The notes beneath the pieces were generated by a model. That model saw only the letters and a list, made by a program, of their open reading frames with translations, had not been told where the DNA came from and did not search any database. Shown here piece after piece: positions 28,620-30,323 of a DNA stretch of 30,323 bases. The stretch lies in IMG/VR virus record IMGVR_UViG_3300028025_002014, positions 1 through 30,323 of that record; one strand, 5' to 3'. The DNA comes from a virus (taxonomy: Duplodnaviria; Caudoviricetes). The translations under genes and the position numbers were made by a program. Position 1 is the first letter of the stretch; each line of letters starts with the position of its first letter.

Positions 28620-29353
28620 TGTGGTCATCGTTCAGTAAAAATACTGCACTCTATAACCCAGAGGTTCTTGATAATCTCTGGGATAGAAATGTGTTCTTAG
28701 GCAGGTTTGATGAGAACATCACTACTGACCTCACTGGACTTAATACTCCCAGTGCAGGCGGTAGTGCAGCGTTCAACAGCACTACTAAAAAATGGGGTGG
28801 TGGCAGTCTTTACAAACCCAATGGTGCCAGTTACCTAAACATTGGTGCTGCCAACAATACCAACTTCCAGTTTGGCACAGGTGATTTTACACTTGAAACA
28901 TGGTTCTATATCACTGCTATTGGCAACAGCCCAACAGGCAATTATAACTATGGTCTTTGGAGTGCTAATCAAGTAGCAGGATCAACTGCACATGGTTGGG
29001 CCTTGCTGTATAGAACAGCATGGAATCCCAAGTTCAGCATTGGACATTGGGATGGCACTACCTTCCTTGAAAACTCACAGACCAAGTTTGATTACAATAC
29101 ATGGACACACCTAACCTGCTGCCGTTTAGGAACAACCATGTATTTGGGTGTTAATGGTGTGGTGCAGAGTGTGGGCACTTGCTCAAAGAACCTAGTGACT
29201 ACTTCTACAAATACACGCATTGGCACTAATGGTTATAATGAATACAACTATACAGCCTACTTTGATGACTTCCGTGTGACCAAAGGTGTGGCCAAATATA
29301 CCAGCAACTATGTTGTGCCTTCAAAACAATGGCCAACACCATTGTTGCCATAA
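28619..29353 (+). CDS. LamG/ConA-like lectin-domain protein (putative receptor binding)
   Basis: FGTGDFTLETWFY, WTHL, YFDDFRVTKGVAKY motifs. Confidence 0.85.
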   Translation: MWSSFSKNTALYNPEVLDNLWDRNVFLGRFDENITTDLTGLNTPSAGGSAAFNSTTKKWGGGSLYKPNGASYLNIGAANNTNFQFGTGDFTLETWFYITAIGNSPTGNYNYGLWSANQVAGSTAHGWALLYRTAWNPKFSIGHWDGTTFLENSQTKFDYNTWTHLTCCRLGTTMYLGVNGVVQSVGTCSKNLVTTSTNTRIGTNGYNEYNYTAYFDDFRVTKGVAKYTSNYVVPSKQWPTPLLP

Positions 29354-29362
29354 GGAACAAAC

Positions 29363-29554
29363 ATGAATTACATTGAAACAGCAACATCATCTACAGTCAG
29401 TGCCAATGTTTGGCAATTCCACAACATCAAAGTTGAAGAGTCAAGATTTGTTGAATTTAGAGATTCAGCAGATCAACAGGCTATGATTGACCAAGGCATT
29501 GCACAAGGATGGATCATAGATCTAGGAACTTCTACTATTACATTTGAGGATTGA
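29363..29554 (+). CDS. Small acidic hypothetical protein
   Basis: SD AAGGA; 63 aa. Confidence 0.7.
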   Translation: MNYIETATSSTVSANVWQFHNIKVEESRFVEFRDSADQQAMIDQGIAQGWIIDLGTSTITFED

Positions 29555-29556
29555 AC

Positions 29557-29826
29557 ATGACCATACTGGGATCTACTACTAATGAAAAGCGTAGCCTTGC
29601 TGCACACGTAGATTTGTGTGCTCAACGCTATGCTACCCTTGATGAAAGAATGAACAATTTAGAATCAAAAACAGATAAAATTGAAGTAAAGATAGACCGC
29701 ATTGAGGCAAAATTAGACAGTTTTAAGACTGAAATTGCCTGGTTAATTATCAAGGGTGGTGCTGGCCTTATCGTGATGCTTTTAGGTGCTTTAGGTGCCA
29801 TTTCCAAAGTAGCAGGTATTTGGTAA
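29557..29826 (+). CDS. Coiled-coil plus single C-terminal TM protein (holin/XhlA-like)
   Basis: ATG 29557 with SD GAGGA; HVDLCAQRY, heptad repeat, hydrophobic C-terminus. Confidence 0.6.
   Translation: MTILGSTTNEKRSLAAHVDLCAQRYATLDERMNNLESKTDKIEVKIDRIEAKLDSFKTEIAWLIIKGGAGLIVMLLGALGAISKVAGIW
29669..29789 (+). repeat. Exact terminal direct repeat, copy 2
   Basis: Identical to 1-121. Confidence 0.95.
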
Positions 29827-30014
29827 TGGATGTTAGGGACTACTATCTAATAAAACAGTATGGTGAAGAAACTGCACAATATCTATTGATGCTGGCCAAA
29901 GATCCCACAATTGAATTATTAGATCAAATCAAATACAGTGAAGCTATTGGCCAGATACGCAAACGACTTTACTTTAAATCTAAATTGGATTGGAACACTT
30001 GCCCATATCAATAA
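29826..30014 (+). CDS. Gene B' (homologue of 515-706)
   Basis: TAATG coupling; MDVRD...LAKDP...LDQIKYSEAI. Confidence 0.8.
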   Translation: MDVRDYYLIKQYGEETAQYLLMLAKDPTIELLDQIKYSEAIGQIRKRLYFKSKLDWNTCPYQ

Positions 30015-30022
30015 ATTATGAT

Positions 30023-30323
30023 ATGGAGCGAAAAAAGTTTTACAAAATTATTGATCAACTTACCGAACAATGGTATGTTGATGCCAGCAAACCAGTCAAG
30101 GGCGTTTGGGGATCTAGCATCCACGACAAGCGGACTGGCCCACGCCGCAAGACCAACTACAGGGGCGAAGAAAATCCAATTAATGAATCTAGTGGGGAAG
30201 TGCAGATTATCAAGTGGGCCAAAAAATCCGAATTCTGCACTACCTGTTCAAAGTTCTGCGAAGACAAGGTTGAATTGATCAATTTGGAAAAAGCACAAGT
30301 CAAATGCAGTTGTGGCATAAAAT
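30023..30323 (+). CDS. Gene A' (homologue of 174-515), truncated by the window end
   Basis: MERKKFYKIIDQLTEQWYVDASKPVKG...CSCGIK, about 80% identical to gene A by eye; missing from the ORF track because it has no stop. Confidence 0.88.
   Translation, partial: MERKKFYKIIDQLTEQWYVDASKPVKGVWGSSIHDKRTGPRRKTNYRGEENPINESSGEVQIIKWAKKSEFCTTCSKFCEDKVELINLEKAQVKCSCGIK

Noticed and set aside
23934-29353. Diversity-generating retroelement suggested by the Mtd-like N-terminus
   Set aside because: No reverse transcriptase and no TR/VR pair differing at adenines; the N-terminal domain is only an attachment module.
1-30323. Stop-codon reassignment (the gene ends I checked are TAA/TGA)
   Set aside because: All long genes are intact under the standard bacterial code, and no suppressor tRNA was seen.

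Overview
This window looks like an essentially complete ~29.7 kb tailed-phage genome of long non-contractile-tail (siphovirus-like) type. Bases 1-121 recur exactly at 29669-29789, giving a unit length of 29,668 bp, and are followed by ~530 bp of a divergent alternative allele. All credible genes are on the + strand: small accessory genes (174-4882), TerS/TerL/portal/scaffold/capsid (4989-9971), neck, tail tube, frameshifted tail chaperones, tape measure and tail tip (9984-20733), a separately promoted fibre cassette with a 1561-aa collagen-like protein (20858-29554), and a holin-like gene. I could recognise no DNA polymerase, helicase, primase, initiator, integrase, sigma factor or endolysin. 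Most transcription units begin at a T4-late-type (TA)TAAATA box, several with a CCCTTTT-like element at fixed spacing. An ~850 bp gene-free block (707-1550) holds a two-loop small RNA, a ~400-nt highly base-paired RNA and an origin-like hairpin cluster. My working hypothesis, which is inference, is a satellite-like phage that builds its own virion but borrows late transcription, replication and perhaps lysis from a T4-like or jumbo helper, using an RNA-based control/origin module. All functional calls come from motif recognition by eye; no database searches were run.
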